The position numbers and the translations under genes are program-made. From contig JAGOAU010000008.1 in NCBI GenBank assembly GCA_017983755.1, positions 19,772 through 83,771 of the forward strand: a DNA stretch of 64,000 nucleotides, given 5' to 3'. Numbering within the stretch: position 1 is the first letter of the stretch; each line of letters begins with the position of its first letter. The notes under the pieces are model-generated. The model did not search any database. It saw nothing but the letters and a program-made list of their open reading frames with translations, and had not been told where the DNA came from. Source of the stretch: Azonexus sp. Its GTDB lineage: Bacteria > Pseudomonadota > Gammaproteobacteria > Burkholderiales > Rhodocyclaceae. Shown here piece by piece: positions 18,973 through 30,011 of this stretch.

Positions 18973-21126
18973 TTAGTGGGCTGATGGGCGCTGATCGTCG
19001 CCGCTTGGCTGGCTGTCGTGGTTTTCGTTGAACACCGCTGCATTGAGCGAATCGAGCATCGCTTGCAAGTTGTCGGCGTTGCCGAAGACCCGCTGCGCCT
19101 CGCGCACGCCGCCCATCTGCGAGAAAGTGTGGAAGAAGGCGAAATGCTCGGGTATCACTTCGTCGAGCGTGTCGGCATTGGCCCGAATCTGGCTGCCGAG
19201 GATGCGCAACCAGCGTTCCTGCGCCATTGTCAGGCCGGCTTGTTCCAGAAGCCACGCCTCGAAGCGCGCACCCACGGCTTCCTTCTTTTGTTCCGAGGCC
19301 TCGGGGAACAGCATGTTACCGTTCTCATCCACCGTGATCCATTCGCGGGTGTCGGGGTCGATGTGATCGTCGATGTCCAGCGACAGCAGGCGCTTGGGTT
19401 CGTAGTGCTTGCGCTTTTTCGGCTCCATGACCAGGCCGCCACCGCCGAGGGTGTCGTCGTCGCCGTGGTAGTCGCAGACACCAACGAAATCGAACATGGT
19501 GAAGACGGGCTTCTTGCTGGTCTTGCGCGTGCCGCGGCCGCGCATCTGCTGGTACAGAATGGCGGAACGGGTGAAGCGGGCGAAGACGAGATTGCAGACT
19601 TCCGGGCAGTCGAAGCCGGTATCGAGCATATTCACGGACACGAGTATCTGCGGGAAGTCTTCGCGCTTGAAACGGCGTATTTTCGCCATGCCATCCAGCG
19701 TGTCATCCGGGCCTTGGCCGGACACCACGTAGTCGGCATAGCGAATGTCTGGCGACGGTTTCTTGTCGGCAAAGGCTTCGTCGAACATCCGCGCCAGCGT
19801 TTCGGCGTGCTTTTTGGTTACGGCGAAGACGATGGTTTTGCCAAGCAAAGGCATCCGCTTGATGCCTTTGCGGTCAATGAAGCCGTTTTCGATCACCTGC
19901 CGATATTCGCGGACGATGGCCCGGTTGCGCTCGGGGATGGTGTAGCGCCGCTCCAGGGCCGATGGGTCGATGACTATGGGGCTACCGGGTTTGGCAACCG
20001 AGCCGAACAGTTTCTCGAACTCGGCCTGTGTTTCGCCGTTCATCGCCGACCAGTCCAGTTCGCTGCGCTTGACCTCGAAGCCACCTTCGGCGGCCGTCTT
20101 GACGGTCTTGGCGGCATAGATTTGATAAGGCGCCAGCACGCCATCCCGAATCGCATCCTTCAACTTGTAGCAGAAGGTGGGTTGCTCGACCTCGAAGAAG
20201 CGCAGCGTGTCACGCACGAACAGCTTGTCTTCCTCGTCGCCACCCAAATCGTCGAGATTGGCAACGCAGGGCGTGGCGGTAAGACCAATCTGCACGCCGT
20301 CGAAGTATTTGAGCACGCCGCTCCACTTGCCGTAGATGCTGCGGTGGCACTCGTCGGAAACGATCAGGTCGAAGTAGCCCGACGAATATTCGCTGTAGAT
20401 GTTGATCATGCTTTGCAGCGTGGTGATGGTGATCCGCTTTTCATCCTGAAAGCGCCGACCGGCACGCAGCACGTAGGCTGGGTAATCGGGCAGGTGTTCG
20501 GCGAAGGCGTCTTCAGTCTGTTTGGCCAGCGGAATGCGATCAACCAGGAACAGCACGCGGGTGATGGCATTGGCCTCGAACAGCCGCTTGATGAGCGCGG
20601 CAGCGGTGCGGGTCTTGCCGGTGCCGGTGGCCATTTCCAGCAGTAGTTTGCGGCGCCCCTGTTTGATTTCCTTGCAGGCGGTCTGGATACATTCCTGCTG
20701 GTAGTCGCGTCCGGCAATCTTCAAATCGATAGGAATGGAAAGCGGGTCACGCCGCAGTTGGCGCGTGGCAAAGCGGCGTTCAAGATCGTCCTGCTTATAG
20801 AAGGTTTTGACGGCATGGGGAAAGGCTTCGCGTTCCCACTCCCAGAACAGGAGTTCGTTGCCGTTGGTCAGGAAGATATAGGGCACCCCCATCTGCTTGG
20901 CGTAACCCCTGGCTTGTTCGGCAGCGTCGGCAGGATTGATTCCGTAACGCTTGGCCTCGATGACGGCCAGCGAACGGCCATGACGATCACACAGCACGTA
21001 GTCGGCACGGGTGCCGTCAGGCATGACGACCTCGAAACGCACAGCGTTGGGGTCGGTGGTGTTCCAGCCCTGTGTGTCCAACATGGCGTCGATGATGACG
21101 CGTGAGAAGGCTTCGTTGTTGTTCAT
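18973..21126 (-). CDS. hsdR: Type I R-M restriction subunit (EcoAI/EcoEI-like, compact)
   Basis: ADYVL..IEAK nuclease motif, MATGTGKT, DECHRSIYG, GLTATP, MLDTGFD, QMRGRGTR; start placed at MNNNEAFSR. Confidence 0.93.
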   Translation of the reverse strand: MNNNEAFSRVIIDAMLDTQGWNTTDPNAVRFEVVMPDGTRADYVLCDRHGRSLAVIEAKRYGINPADAAEQARGYAKQMGVPYIFLTNGNELLFWEWEREAFPHAVKTFYKQDDLERRFATRQLRRDPLSIPIDLKIAGRDYQQECIQTACKEIKQGRRKLLLEMATGTGKTRTAAALIKRLFEANAITRVLFLVDRIPLAKQTEDAFAEHLPDYPAYVLRAGRRFQDEKRITITTLQSMINIYSEYSSGYFDLIVSDECHRSIYGKWSGVLKYFDGVQIGLTATPCVANLDDLGGDEEDKLFVRDTLRFFEVEQPTFCYKLKDAIRDGVLAPYQIYAAKTVKTAAEGGFEVKRSELDWSAMNGETQAEFEKLFGSVAKPGSPIVIDPSALERRYTIPERNRAIVREYRQVIENGFIDRKGIKRMPLLGKTIVFAVTKKHAETLARMFDEAFADKKPSPDIRYADYVVSGQGPDDTLDGMAKIRRFKREDFPQILVSVNMLDTGFDCPEVCNLVFARFTRSAILYQQMRGRGTRKTSKKPVFTMFDFVGVCDYHGDDDTLGGGGLVMEPKKRKHYEPKRLLSLDIDDHIDPDTREWITVDENGNMLFPEASEQKKEAVGARFEAWLLEQAGLTMAQERWLRILGSQIRANADTLDEVIPEHFAFFHTFSQMGGVREAQRVFGNADNLQAMLDSLNAAVFNENHDSQPSGDDQRPSAH

Positions 21127-21315
21127 AGCCCCGACCGATTTCGACAATTTCGCCATTGTAGTGGCTGGCACGGGCCGGGGGCAGCGCTTCATGACGAATC
21201 GATCCGCGCTCCATTCCGTTGGGCGAGTTCCATTCCACCTCGCCCGCCCCCTTATCTGCCCGGCACCCTGTTGCGGTCAACGGCAAAAAATGGCCGAAAT
21301 CCAAAACTTCATCTC

Positions 21316-21400
21316 TCAACCCTTGCCGGCGCGGGCTTCCTTACGCAGGGAGGCCCATACCGAGGCGCCGATGATGACCGCCACCACCGCCAGCGAGAAG
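21316..21400 (-). repeat. Right copy of the island-flanking direct repeat (functional terC 3' end)
   Basis: Matches 14360-14444 at 74/85 nt. Confidence 0.9.
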
Positions 21401-22272
21401 CCGACCGGGATCTTGTAGAGGTCGATCAGCAGCATCTTGACGCCGATGAACATCAGCACGATGGCCAGCCCGTACTTGAGCAGCGAGAAGCGGTCGGCGA
21501 CGCCGGCGAGCAGGAAGTACATGGCGCGCAGGCCGAGGATGGCGAAGATGTTCGAGGTCAGCACGATGAAGGGGTCGGTGGTGATCGCAAAGATGGCGGG
21601 GATCGAGTCGACCGCGAAGATCAGGTCGGAAGCTTCGACCAGCACCAGCGCCAGGAACAGCGGCGTCGCGTAGCGCACCCCGTTTTTCCAGGTGAAGAAA
21701 TTCTGGCCGTCGAACTCGGTGGTGATCTTCATGTGCCCGCGCAGCCATTTCACCAGCTTGTTGTTCTCGAGATCGGGCTTCTCGTCGGCGAACCAGTACA
21801 TCTTGACGCCGGTGACCAGCAGGAAGGCGCCGAAGATGTAGAGAATCCAGTGAAACTGGGTAATCAGCCAGGCGCCGGCGAAGATCATGATGGTGCGCAT
21901 GACGATGGCGCCGAGCACGCCGTAGAGCAACACGCGCTTCTGCAGTTCGAGCGGCACCGCGAAGAAGCTGAACAGCATCAGCCAGATGAAGACGTTGTCG
22001 ACCGCCAGCGCCTTCTCGATCAGGTAGCCGGTGATGAATTCGAGCACCTTGGTGTTGGCAATCTCGCGCCCCAGCGTGCCGTCGAGATACCACCAGAGGC
22101 CGCCGGCGAAGGCCAGCGTGATGGCGATCCAGACCACCGACCAGGTGGCCGCCTCCCTGAAGCTGACGCGGTGCTCCTTGCCGCCGCCGACGACGAAGAG
22201 GTCGATCGCCAGCATCACTACAACGATGGCGGCGAAGCCGGCCCACAAACCCAGACTGCCTACGGTTTCCAT
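21316..22272 (-). CDS. alx: TerC/Alx-family membrane protein (Mn homeostasis)
   Basis: [56 protein letters not shown]; start at METVGSL. Confidence 0.92.
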   Translation of the reverse strand: METVGSLGLWAGFAAIVVVMLAIDLFVVGGGKEHRVSFREAATWSVVWIAITLAFAGGLWWYLDGTLGREIANTKVLEFITGYLIEKALAVDNVFIWLMLFSFFAVPLELQKRVLLYGVLGAIVMRTIMIFAGAWLITQFHWILYIFGAFLLVTGVKMYWFADEKPDLENNKLVKWLRGHMKITTEFDGQNFFTWKNGVRYATPLFLALVLVEASDLIFAVDSIPAIFAITTDPFIVLTSNIFAILGLRAMYFLLAGVADRFSLLKYGLAIVLMFIGVKMLLIDLYKIPVGFSLAVVAVIIGASVWASLRKEARAGKG

Positions 22273-22361
22273 ACAATTCCTTTCGCGCATTCCAAAAAGC
22301 AAACGGCCCGCGCCGCAATGGACGAGAGCCGTGGAATGCCAAAGGAGCCTCGCCATCGCGG

Positions 22362-22455
22362 CAAAGGTCTTGCTCGCAGCGCTGCTCTGCTGCCCGGATG
22401 CCGGAAGCCGAAGCTTCGTGGTGACGACACGCCGGTTGGGAGCTACTCCCCCTTG
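22362..22455 (-). ncRNA. yybP-ykoY manganese riboswitch
   Basis: Minus strand CAAGGGGGAGUAGC...CGUCACCAC...GCGAGCAAGACCUUUG matches the family's conserved ends; lies directly upstream of a TerC/Alx gene. Confidence 0.88.
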
Positions 22456-22586
22456 GGATGGGCAGACTTTATAAAACCCGAGCGTAGCTGTCAACTTTTC
22501 GTGTTGGAATAAATAAATTCGCTTTTCGTCTTTGTTGTTATAAAGGCCTCGGCTAAATTCGGTCCATCAATTCTCCGAGGTGCGCC

Positions 22587-23585
22587 ATGAAAAAGATCGC
22601 CAACAGCCTGTCCGCCCTTCTGCTCGGCCTGGCCGCCAGCGCCGCGCTGGCCGATGTCACCCTGCTCAACGCCTCCTACGACGTCGCCCGCGACGTGTAC
22701 AAGGATTTCAACCCGCTGTTCCAGAAGTACTGGAAGGCCAAGACCGGCGAAAGCGTCGAGATCAAGCAGTCGCACGGCGGCTCGACCAAGCAGGTGCGCG
22801 CTGTTGCCGACGGCCTGGAAGCCGACGTGGTGACCATGAACCAGGCCAACGACATCGAATTCCTCGCCGACAAGGGGCTGGTCACCAAGGACTGGGCGAA
22901 GAAATTCCCCAACAACGCCTCGCCCTACACCTCGGCGATGGTCTTCATCGTGCGCAAGGGCAACCCGAAGGGGATCAAGGACTGGAACGACCTGGCGGCG
23001 CCCGGCACCCAGATCATCATTCCGCACCCGAAGAACACCGGCAACGGCCGCAACACCTACCTGTCGGCCTGGGCCTGGGCGCTCAGGCAGCCGGGCGGCA
23101 ACGACGCCAAGGCGCAGGAATTCCTCGGCAAGCTGCTGAAGAATGCGCCGCTGTTCGCCGCTGGCGGCCGCGATGCGACAACTACCTTCATGCAGCGCAA
23201 GATGGGCGACGTGCTGATCACCTTCGAATCCGAAGCCGAAATGATCGCCAAGGAATTCGGCAAGGGCGAGTTCGAGGTGGTCTACCCCAGCCTGACCATG
23301 CAGACCGAGTTCCCGGTGGCGCTGGTCGAGAAGGTGGTCGACAAGAAGGGCACGCGTACCCAGGCAAGCGCCTATCTGGAATACCTGTGGTCGAAGGAAG
23401 GCCAGGAGAACGCCGCACAGAACTACCTGCGCCCGCGCGATGCCGAGTTGCTGAAGAAGTACGCGGCGTCCTTCCCGCCGGTGAAGACCTTTACCGTCGA
23501 TGAAGTGTTCGGCGGCGCCAACAAGGCCTTCGCGACGCACTTCAAGGACGGCGGCAGCTTCGACCAGATCTACCAAAGCAAGTAA
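22587..23585 (+). CDS. sbp: Sulfate/thiosulfate ABC transporter substrate-binding protein
   Basis: LLNASYDVAR, QSHGGS, GLEADVV, RKGNPKGIKDWNDL, GGRDATTTF. Confidence 0.93.
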   Translation: MKKIANSLSALLLGLAASAALADVTLLNASYDVARDVYKDFNPLFQKYWKAKTGESVEIKQSHGGSTKQVRAVADGLEADVVTMNQANDIEFLADKGLVTKDWAKKFPNNASPYTSAMVFIVRKGNPKGIKDWNDLAAPGTQIIIPHPKNTGNGRNTYLSAWAWALRQPGGNDAKAQEFLGKLLKNAPLFAAGGRDATTTFMQRKMGDVLITFESEAEMIAKEFGKGEFEVVYPSLTMQTEFPVALVEKVVDKKGTRTQASAYLEYLWSKEGQENAAQNYLRPRDAELLKKYAASFPPVKTFTVDEVFGGANKAFATHFKDGGSFDQIYQSK

Positions 23586-24461
23586 ATGGCGGCAAAAACC
23601 CACCGCGTGCTGCCCGGCTTCGGCCTGGCGCTGGGCTACACGCTGGTCTATCTCTCGCTGCTGATCCTGTTGCCGCTCGGCGGCATGATCCTCAAGGCGT
23701 CCGAACTCGGTTTCGGGCAGATCATCGACATCGCCCTCGGCGAACGCTCGCTGGCCGCCTTTCGCGTCACCTTCGGCGCCTCCTTCCTGGCCGCTGCGGT
23801 CAACGCCTTTTTTGGTCTGATTGTCGCCTGGATCCTGGTGCGCTACCCCTTCCCCGGCAAGCGTTTCGTCGATGCCCTGGTCGATCTGCCGTTCGCGCTG
23901 CCGACGGCGGTAGCCGGCATCACGCTGGCGACGCTGTACGCCGGCAACGGCTGGCTCGGGCGCTTCATCGAACCGCTGGGGATCAAGGTCGCCTACACGC
24001 CGCTCGGCATCATCGTCGCGCTGACCTTCATCACCCTGCCTTTTGTCGTGCGCACGCTGCAACCGGTGATCGAGGACATCGAGACCGAGGTCGAGGAGGC
24101 CGCCGCCTCGCTCGGCGCCTCGCGCTGGCAGACCTTCGTCAAGGTCATTTTCCCCGCCATCTTCCCGGCCCTGCTGACCGGTTTCGCGCTGGCTTTCGCG
24201 CGCGCCGTCGGCGAATACGGCTCGGTGATCTTCATCGCCGGCAACCTGCCGCTGATCTCGGAAATCACGCCGCTGCTGATCATTTCCAAGCTCGAGCAGT
24301 ACGATGTGCTCGGCGCCACGGCGCTGGCCGTGGTCATGCTGGCGCTCTCCTTCATTCTGCTGCTGGCGGTCAACCTGCTGCAATGGTGGACGGCGAATCG
24401 CCACAAGAACGATGAGCCGCTCGAAGTCACGGCGGCCAAGGCCACGGGAGGCGCAGCGTGA
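23586..24461 (+). CDS. cysT: Sulfate ABC transporter permease
   Basis: [40 protein letters not shown]. Confidence 0.95.
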   Translation: MAAKTHRVLPGFGLALGYTLVYLSLLILLPLGGMILKASELGFGQIIDIALGERSLAAFRVTFGASFLAAAVNAFFGLIVAWILVRYPFPGKRFVDALVDLPFALPTAVAGITLATLYAGNGWLGRFIEPLGIKVAYTPLGIIVALTFITLPFVVRTLQPVIEDIETEVEEAAASLGASRWQTFVKVIFPAIFPALLTGFALAFARAVGEYGSVIFIAGNLPLISEITPLLIISKLEQYDVLGATALAVVMLALSFILLLAVNLLQWWTANRHKNDEPLEVTAAKATGGAA

Positions 24462-25321
24462 AATCGAATCGCGCCACCCAGGAGCCGCGCTGGGTCCGTT
24501 ACGGCCTGCTGACGGTCGGTCTCGGCTTCCTGTTTTTCTTCCTCGGCCTGCCACTGGTCGCCGTCTTCGTCGAGGCGCTGGCGCAGGGCGTACCGGTCTA
24601 CCTCGAAGCGCTGAAGGAGCCGGAAACGCGCTCCGCCATCTGGCTGACCGTGGCCATCGCCCTCGCCGTGCTGCCCTTCAACGTGGTCTTCGGCGTCGCC
24701 GCCGCCTGGGCCATCGCCAAGTTCGAGTTCAAGGGCAAGAGCCTGCTGATCACGCTGATCGACCTGCCGTTCGCGGTCAGCCCGGTGGTCGCCGGCCTCG
24801 TCTTCATCCTGCTCTTCGGCGCGCAGGGCACGTTCGGCCCCTGGCTGTCCGAGCACGACATCAAGATCATCTTCGCCGTCCCCGGCATGATCCTCGCCAC
24901 GCTGTTCATCACCTTCCCTTTCATCGCCCGCGAACTGATCCCGCTGATGCAGTCGCAGGGCAAGGACGAGGAAGAGGCCGCGGTGTCGCTCGGCGCCTCC
25001 GGCTGGCAGATGTTCCGCCGCGTGACGCTACCCAACATCAAGTGGGGTCTCCTGTACGGCGTCATTCTCGCCAACGCCCGGGCGATGGGCGAGTTCGGCG
25101 CGGTGTCGGTGGTCTCGGGGCATATCCGCGGCGAAACCAACACCCTGCCGCTGCACGTCGAGATCCTCTACAACGAATACAACGCCATCGGCGCCTTCGC
25201 CGCCGCGTCCATCCTGGCGCTGCTGGCGCTGGTCACGCTGGTCGCCAAGACCGTCGTCGAATGGCGCATGAAGAAGGAAACCGACATGCTGAACACGGTG
25301 CTGGCGCCGGAGAAAACCTGA
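24458..25321 (+). CDS. cysW: Sulfate ABC transporter permease
   Basis: [32 protein letters not shown]. Confidence 0.95.
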   Translation: MKSNRATQEPRWVRYGLLTVGLGFLFFFLGLPLVAVFVEALAQGVPVYLEALKEPETRSAIWLTVAIALAVLPFNVVFGVAAAWAIAKFEFKGKSLLITLIDLPFAVSPVVAGLVFILLFGAQGTFGPWLSEHDIKIIFAVPGMILATLFITFPFIARELIPLMQSQGKDEEEAAVSLGASGWQMFRRVTLPNIKWGLLYGVILANARAMGEFGAVSVVSGHIRGETNTLPLHVEILYNEYNAIGAFAAASILALLALVTLVAKTVVEWRMKKETDMLNTVLAPEKT

Positions 25322-26388
25322 TGAGTATCGAAATCCGCAACATCTCGAAGCGCTTCGGCAATTTCGTCGCGCTCGACAACATCAACCTCGACATCCCGAC
25401 CGGGGAGCTGGTCGCCCTGCTAGGCCCATCGGGCTGCGGCAAGACGACCTTGCTGCGCATCATCGCCGGCATGGAAACGGCCGATCAGGGCGACATCCTC
25501 TTTTCCGGCGCCGAAGCCACCCACCTGCACGCCCGCGAGCGCCAGGTCGGCTTCGTCTTCCAGCACTACGCGCTGTTCCGCCACATGACGGTGTTCGAGA
25601 ACGTCGCCTTCGGCCTGCGCGTCAAGCCGCGCAATGAACGCCCGTCGGATGCCGACATCAAGCGCCGGGTCATGGAACTGCTCGGCCTCGTCCAGCTCGA
25701 CTGGCTGGCCGACCGCTACCCGTCGCAACTGTCCGGTGGCCAGCGCCAGCGCATCGCGCTGGCTCGCGCGCTGGCCGTCGAACCCAAGGTGCTGCTGCTC
25801 GACGAACCTTTCGGCGCCCTCGACACCAAGGTGCGCAAGGAACTGCGCCGCTGGCTGCGCCGCCTGCACGACGACATGCATATTTCCAGCGTCTTCGTCA
25901 CCCACGATCAGGAAGAGGCGCTGGAAGTGGCCGACCGCGTGGTCGTCATGAACCACGGCAGGATCGAACAGATCGGTTCACCCGACGAGGTCTACTCCAG
26001 CCCGGCCTCGCCTTTCGTCTATCAATTCCTCGGCAACGTGAACGTCTTCCACAGCCGGGTCCAGGGCGGCTATGCCGAAGTCGAGCGCAATGAATCAGCC
26101 GAGAAGGCAACGGCCTTTGTCCGGCCGCACGATATCGACATCACCCATCAGCCGAGCGAAGAAGGCCTGCAGGCAACGGTCCAGCACGTGCATCCGATCG
26201 GCCCGGTGGTGCGCATCGAGTTGCTGCATGGCAGCGAAATCGTCGAAGTCGAGCTGTCGCGCGAACGGCATGAGGCACTGCAGTTGGCGGTCGGCCAGTC
26301 GGTGTGGTTCAGGCCACGCCAGATGAAAGTGTTCAATGGCGACGACCTGTTGCGGTCAACGCCTGAAAAACAGGCATTTCTGTTCTGA
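25321..26388 (+). CDS. cysA: Sulfate ABC transporter ATP-binding protein
   Basis: Real start MSIEIRN at 25321; [31 protein letters not shown] tail. Confidence 0.95.
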   Translation: MSIEIRNISKRFGNFVALDNINLDIPTGELVALLGPSGCGKTTLLRIIAGMETADQGDILFSGAEATHLHARERQVGFVFQHYALFRHMTVFENVAFGLRVKPRNERPSDADIKRRVMELLGLVQLDWLADRYPSQLSGGQRQRIALARALAVEPKVLLLDEPFGALDTKVRKELRRWLRRLHDDMHISSVFVTHDQEEALEVADRVVVMNHGRIEQIGSPDEVYSSPASPFVYQFLGNVNVFHSRVQGGYAEVERNESAEKATAFVRPHDIDITHQPSEEGLQATVQHVHPIGPVVRIELLHGSEIVEVELSRERHEALQLAVGQSVWFRPRQMKVFNGDDLLRSTPEKQAFLF

Positions 26389-26418
26389 TCCAGATCGGGG
26401 AAGGGCGCCGGGGGCGGA

Positions 26419-26427
26419 TGTTATAAT
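26419..26427 (+). promoter_or_regulatory. Extended -10 promoter of hemA
   Basis: TGTTATAAT ending 34 bp before the GTG start. Confidence 0.6.
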
Positions 26428-26460
26428 CGCCCCCCATTTCGTGCGCGCCCGCCCAACCCG

Positions 26461-27711
26461 GTGATCTTTACCCTCGGCATCAACCATCACTCCGCCCCGC
26501 TCGCCATCCGCGAACGGGTGGCGTTCGGCGCCGAAAAGCTGCATCACGCGCTGGCCGACCTGACGCGCAGCCAGCCGGTCAAGGAGGTGGCGATCCTGTC
26601 CACCTGCAACCGCACCGAGATCTACTGCGCCGCCGACACGCCCGAGGTGGTAGTCGACTGGCTGGCCCAGTACCACCAGGTCGCGCGCCACGAAATCGCC
26701 CCCTACCTGTACACCCACGACCAGCCGGAAGCGATCCGCCACGCCTTCCGCGTCGCCAGCGGTCTCGACTCGATGGTCATCGGCGAGCCGCAGATCCTCG
26801 GCCAGATGAAGGACGCGGTGCGCGTCGCCGAAGAGAGCGGCACTCTCGGCACGCAGTTGCACAAGCTCTTCCAGCGCTCCTTCTCGGTCGCCAAGGAAGT
26901 GCGCAGCACGACGGCGATCGGCGCCAACATCGTTTCGATGGCCGCCGCCGGTGTCCATCTCGCCGAACGCATCTTCGAATCACTCGAAACGCAGCGCATC
27001 CTGTTCATCGGCGCCGGCGAGATGATCGAACTGTGCGCCGCGCATTTCTGCGCCCGCCAGCCGAAGCAGGTCACCGTCGCCAACCGCACCGTCGAGCGTG
27101 GCCGGGCGCTCGCCGAGCGCTACAACGGCACCGCCATCCGCCTTGACGAACTGGGCGAGCACATGGCGCAGCACGACATCGTCGTCTCGTGCACCGCCAG
27201 CCCGCTGCCCATCATCGGCCTCGGCATGGCCGAGCGGGCGGTCAAGGCGCGCCGCCACCGGCCGATGTTCATGGTTGACCTCGCGGTGCCGCGCGACATC
27301 GAGGAGGAAGTCGGCGACCTCGACGACGTCTTCCTGTACACCGTCGACGACCTGGCGCAGGTTGTCGAAAGCGGCCTCGAATCGCGCCAGGCCGCCGTGG
27401 TCGAGGCCGAGGACATCATCGCCAGCCGGGTGCAGGACTTCCTCGTCTGGCTGCAGGCGCGCGACACCGTGCCGGTCATCCGCTCGCTGCGCGACTCGGC
27501 CGAGCGCGTGCGCCGGCATGAGGTAGAGCACGCCCTGAAGCTGCTGGCCAAGGGCGAGCCGGCGGAAAAGGTACTCGAACATCTCTCCCATCGCCTGGCC
27601 AACAAGCTCCTGCACGCCCCGACGCAGACGCTCAACCTGGCCGAGGGCGCCGAACGCGCCGACCTGCAGGCCGCCGCCGCGCGTCTCTTCCACCTCCATT
27701 CCGGCGAGTAG
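26461..27711 (+). CDS. hemA: Glutamyl-tRNA reductase
   Basis: [43 protein letters not shown]. Confidence 0.97.
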   Translation: MIFTLGINHHSAPLAIRERVAFGAEKLHHALADLTRSQPVKEVAILSTCNRTEIYCAADTPEVVVDWLAQYHQVARHEIAPYLYTHDQPEAIRHAFRVASGLDSMVIGEPQILGQMKDAVRVAEESGTLGTQLHKLFQRSFSVAKEVRSTTAIGANIVSMAAAGVHLAERIFESLETQRILFIGAGEMIELCAAHFCARQPKQVTVANRTVERGRALAERYNGTAIRLDELGEHMAQHDIVVSCTASPLPIIGLGMAERAVKARRHRPMFMVDLAVPRDIEEEVGDLDDVFLYTVDDLAQVVESGLESRQAAVVEAEDIIASRVQDFLVWLQARDTVPVIRSLRDSAERVRRHEVEHALKLLAKGEPAEKVLEHLSHRLANKLLHAPTQTLNLAEGAERADLQAAAARLFHLHSGE

Positions 27712-27744
27712 CGCCCGCTTCGGGCGCCCCCGCACGCTGTCACG

Positions 27745-28827
27745 ATGAAACCTTCCATCCGCCAGAAACTCGACCTGCTGGTCGACCGTCTCGACGAAAT
27801 CGACCGCATGCTGTCGGCCCCGAGCACCGCCAACGACATGGACCAGTTCCGCAAGCTGTCGCGCGAGCGTTCGGAAATCGAGCCGGTGACCGTCCAGTTC
27901 AACGCCTTTCGCCAGGCCGAGAACGACCTCGCCGAAGCCGAGGCGATGCTCGCCGACCCCGACATGCGCGAGTTCGCCGAGGAAGAGATGGCCAACGCCA
28001 AGGCCCGTCTTCCGGAACTGGAAATCGAGTTGCAGAAACTTCTGCTGCCCAAGGACCCCAACGACGAGAAAAGCGTCCTCCTCGAAATCCGCGCCGGCAC
28101 CGGCGGCGACGAGTCGGCGCTGTTCGCCGGCGACCTTTTCCGCATGTATTCGCGCTATGCCGAGCGCCAGCGCTGGCAGGTCGAGGTGATGTCGGCCAGC
28201 GAATCGGAACTCGGCGGCTACCGCGAAATCATCTGCCGCATCGGCGGCAACGGTGCCTACTCGCGGCTCAAGTTCGAATCTGGCGGTCACCGCGTGCAAC
28301 GCGTGCCGGAAACCGAAACCCAGGGGCGCATCCACACCTCGGCCTGTACCGTGGCGATCATGCCCGAGGCCAACGAGGTCGAGGACGTGAACCTCAACCC
28401 GGCCGACCTGCGCATCGACACCTTCCGCGCTTCCGGCGCCGGTGGTCAGCACATCAACAAGACCGACTCTGCGGTGCGCATCACCCACCTGCCGACCGGG
28501 ATCGTCGCCGAATGCCAGGACGGCCGCTCGCAGCATGCCAACAAGGCTTCGGCCATGCGCGTGCTGGCAGCCCGAATCAAGGACGTCCAGGTGCGCGCCC
28601 AGCAGAGCGCCATCGCCAGCACGCGCAAGAGCCTGATCGGTTCCGGTGACCGCTCCGAGCGCATCCGCACCTACAACTTCCCGCAGGGCCGCGTCACCGA
28701 CCACCGCATCAACCTGACGCTGTACAAGATCGCCGCGATCATGGACGGCGACATGGACGAACTGCTCGGCGCGCTGGCCGCCGAACATCAGGCCGACCTG
28801 CTCGCCGAACTCGCCGAGCAGAACTGA
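27745..28827 (+). CDS. prfA: Peptide chain release factor 1
   Basis: GTGGDES, RVPETE (PxT), [12 protein letters not shown]. Confidence 0.98.
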   Translation: MKPSIRQKLDLLVDRLDEIDRMLSAPSTANDMDQFRKLSRERSEIEPVTVQFNAFRQAENDLAEAEAMLADPDMREFAEEEMANAKARLPELEIELQKLLLPKDPNDEKSVLLEIRAGTGGDESALFAGDLFRMYSRYAERQRWQVEVMSASESELGGYREIICRIGGNGAYSRLKFESGGHRVQRVPETETQGRIHTSACTVAIMPEANEVEDVNLNPADLRIDTFRASGAGGQHINKTDSAVRITHLPTGIVAECQDGRSQHANKASAMRVLAARIKDVQVRAQQSAIASTRKSLIGSGDRSERIRTYNFPQGRVTDHRINLTLYKIAAIMDGDMDELLGALAAEHQADLLAELAEQN

Positions 28828-28829
28828 AA

Positions 28830-29642
28830 ATGACCCTGTTTTCGGCGTTGACCGCAGCAAGGCAGCAGATTGAAAAGCTCGACGCCCGCCTGCTGCTGCA
28901 ATATGCCACCGGCTGCAGCCACGCCGACCTGCTGGCGCGACCGGAAACGCCGGTGGTCGGCCCGGCTTACACGCAATTCATGGCCTGGGTCGTACGCCGC
29001 GCCGCTGGCGAACCGCTGGCCTACCTGGTCGGCGAAGCCGAGTTTCGTGGCCGCGTCTTCCAGGTCTCCCCGGCCGTGCTGATCCCGCGCCCGGAAACCG
29101 AAGTGCTGATCGACCAGGCGCTTGAAAAGCTGCATGGCCTGGCGGCGCCGAAGGTGCTCGACCTCGGCACTGGTTCGGGCATCATCGCCATCTCACTGGC
29201 CCTCGAATGCCCGGCGGCGACACTGGTTGCGGTCGACCTCTCGAAAGAGGCCATTTCCGTGGCCGGCAACAACGCCGGCCGCCTTGGCGCCCGCGTCGAA
29301 TTCCGCCACAGCGACTGGTTCTCGGCGCTGGCCGGCGAGCGCTTCGACCTGATCGTCGCCAACCCGCCCTACATTGCCGGCGGCGACCCGCACCTGGCGC
29401 TTGACGGGCTGCCCTGCGAGCCGCAACTGGCGCTGACCGACGGCGCCGACGGCCTCGCCTGCATCCGCCGCATCGTCGCCGATGCCCCGGCCCACCTGAA
29501 TCCCGGCGGCTGGCTGCTGTTCGAGCACGGCTACGACCAGGGCGCGGCAAGCCGGAACTTATTGACCCACGCCGGGTTCAAAGCGGCGTCAACCCACCCC
29601 GACCTGGCCGGCATCGACCGTGTCTCAGGCGGCCATCTGTAA
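28830..29642 (+). CDS. prmC: Release factor glutamine methyltransferase
   Basis: LIPRPETE, DLGTGSG, ANPPY, EHGYDQ. Confidence 0.96.
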   Translation: MTLFSALTAARQQIEKLDARLLLQYATGCSHADLLARPETPVVGPAYTQFMAWVVRRAAGEPLAYLVGEAEFRGRVFQVSPAVLIPRPETEVLIDQALEKLHGLAAPKVLDLGTGSGIIAISLALECPAATLVAVDLSKEAISVAGNNAGRLGARVEFRHSDWFSALAGERFDLIVANPPYIAGGDPHLALDGLPCEPQLALTDGADGLACIRRIVADAPAHLNPGGWLLFEHGYDQGAASRNLLTHAGFKAASTHPDLAGIDRVSGGHL

Positions 29643-29655
29643 ATCTGGAGAAATC

Positions 29656-29979
29656 ATGTCCGACGTTCAGCAACGCATCCACGCCACCGTGACCGGCAAC
29701 CCGGTCGTCCTCTACATGAAGGGCGACGCCCGCTTTCCGCAGTGCGGCTTTTCCGCCACGGCCGTGCAGATCCTGAAAGTCTGCGGCGTCGACGACTTCG
29801 TCACGGTCAACGTGCTGGCCGACGAGGAAATCCGCAACGGCGTCAAGGAATACGCCAACTGGCCGACCATTCCGCAGCTCTACATCAAGGGTGAATTCGT
29901 CGGCGGCTGCGACATCATGAAGGAGATGTACCAGACCGGCGAACTGCAGCAGATGCTGGAAGGCATTGCGCAGGCCTGA
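29656..29979 (+). CDS. grxD: Monothiol glutaredoxin Grx4
   Basis: PQCGFS, WPTIPQLY, GGCDI. Confidence 0.96.
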   Translation: MSDVQQRIHATVTGNPVVLYMKGDARFPQCGFSATAVQILKVCGVDDFVTVNVLADEEIRNGVKEYANWPTIPQLYIKGEFVGGCDIMKEMYQTGELQQMLEGIAQA

Positions 29980-30011
29980 CCAGTCCCCGGGCAACCCGGA
30001 CTCAAAACGAC

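Larger units (their letters stand above)
14360..21400. mobile_element. Defence island inserted in the 3' end of terC; no integrase or transposase present
   Basis: Flanking 85-bp direct repeats, visibly lower GC than the flanks, cargo of R-M plus kinase/HIRAN genes. Confidence 0.75.

Noticed and set aside
22273-22494. N-terminal extension of TerC in the ORF track
   Set aside because: The region is the yybP-ykoY riboswitch leader; the real start is at 22272 with an AAAGGA RBS
22500-22545. AT-rich tract upstream of sbp as a CysB site
   Set aside because: Plausible from context, but no specific motif can be defined by eye
24304-25320. Apparent 694-aa CysA fusion
   Set aside because: The upstream part is an alternative frame over cysT/cysW; CysA starts at 25321
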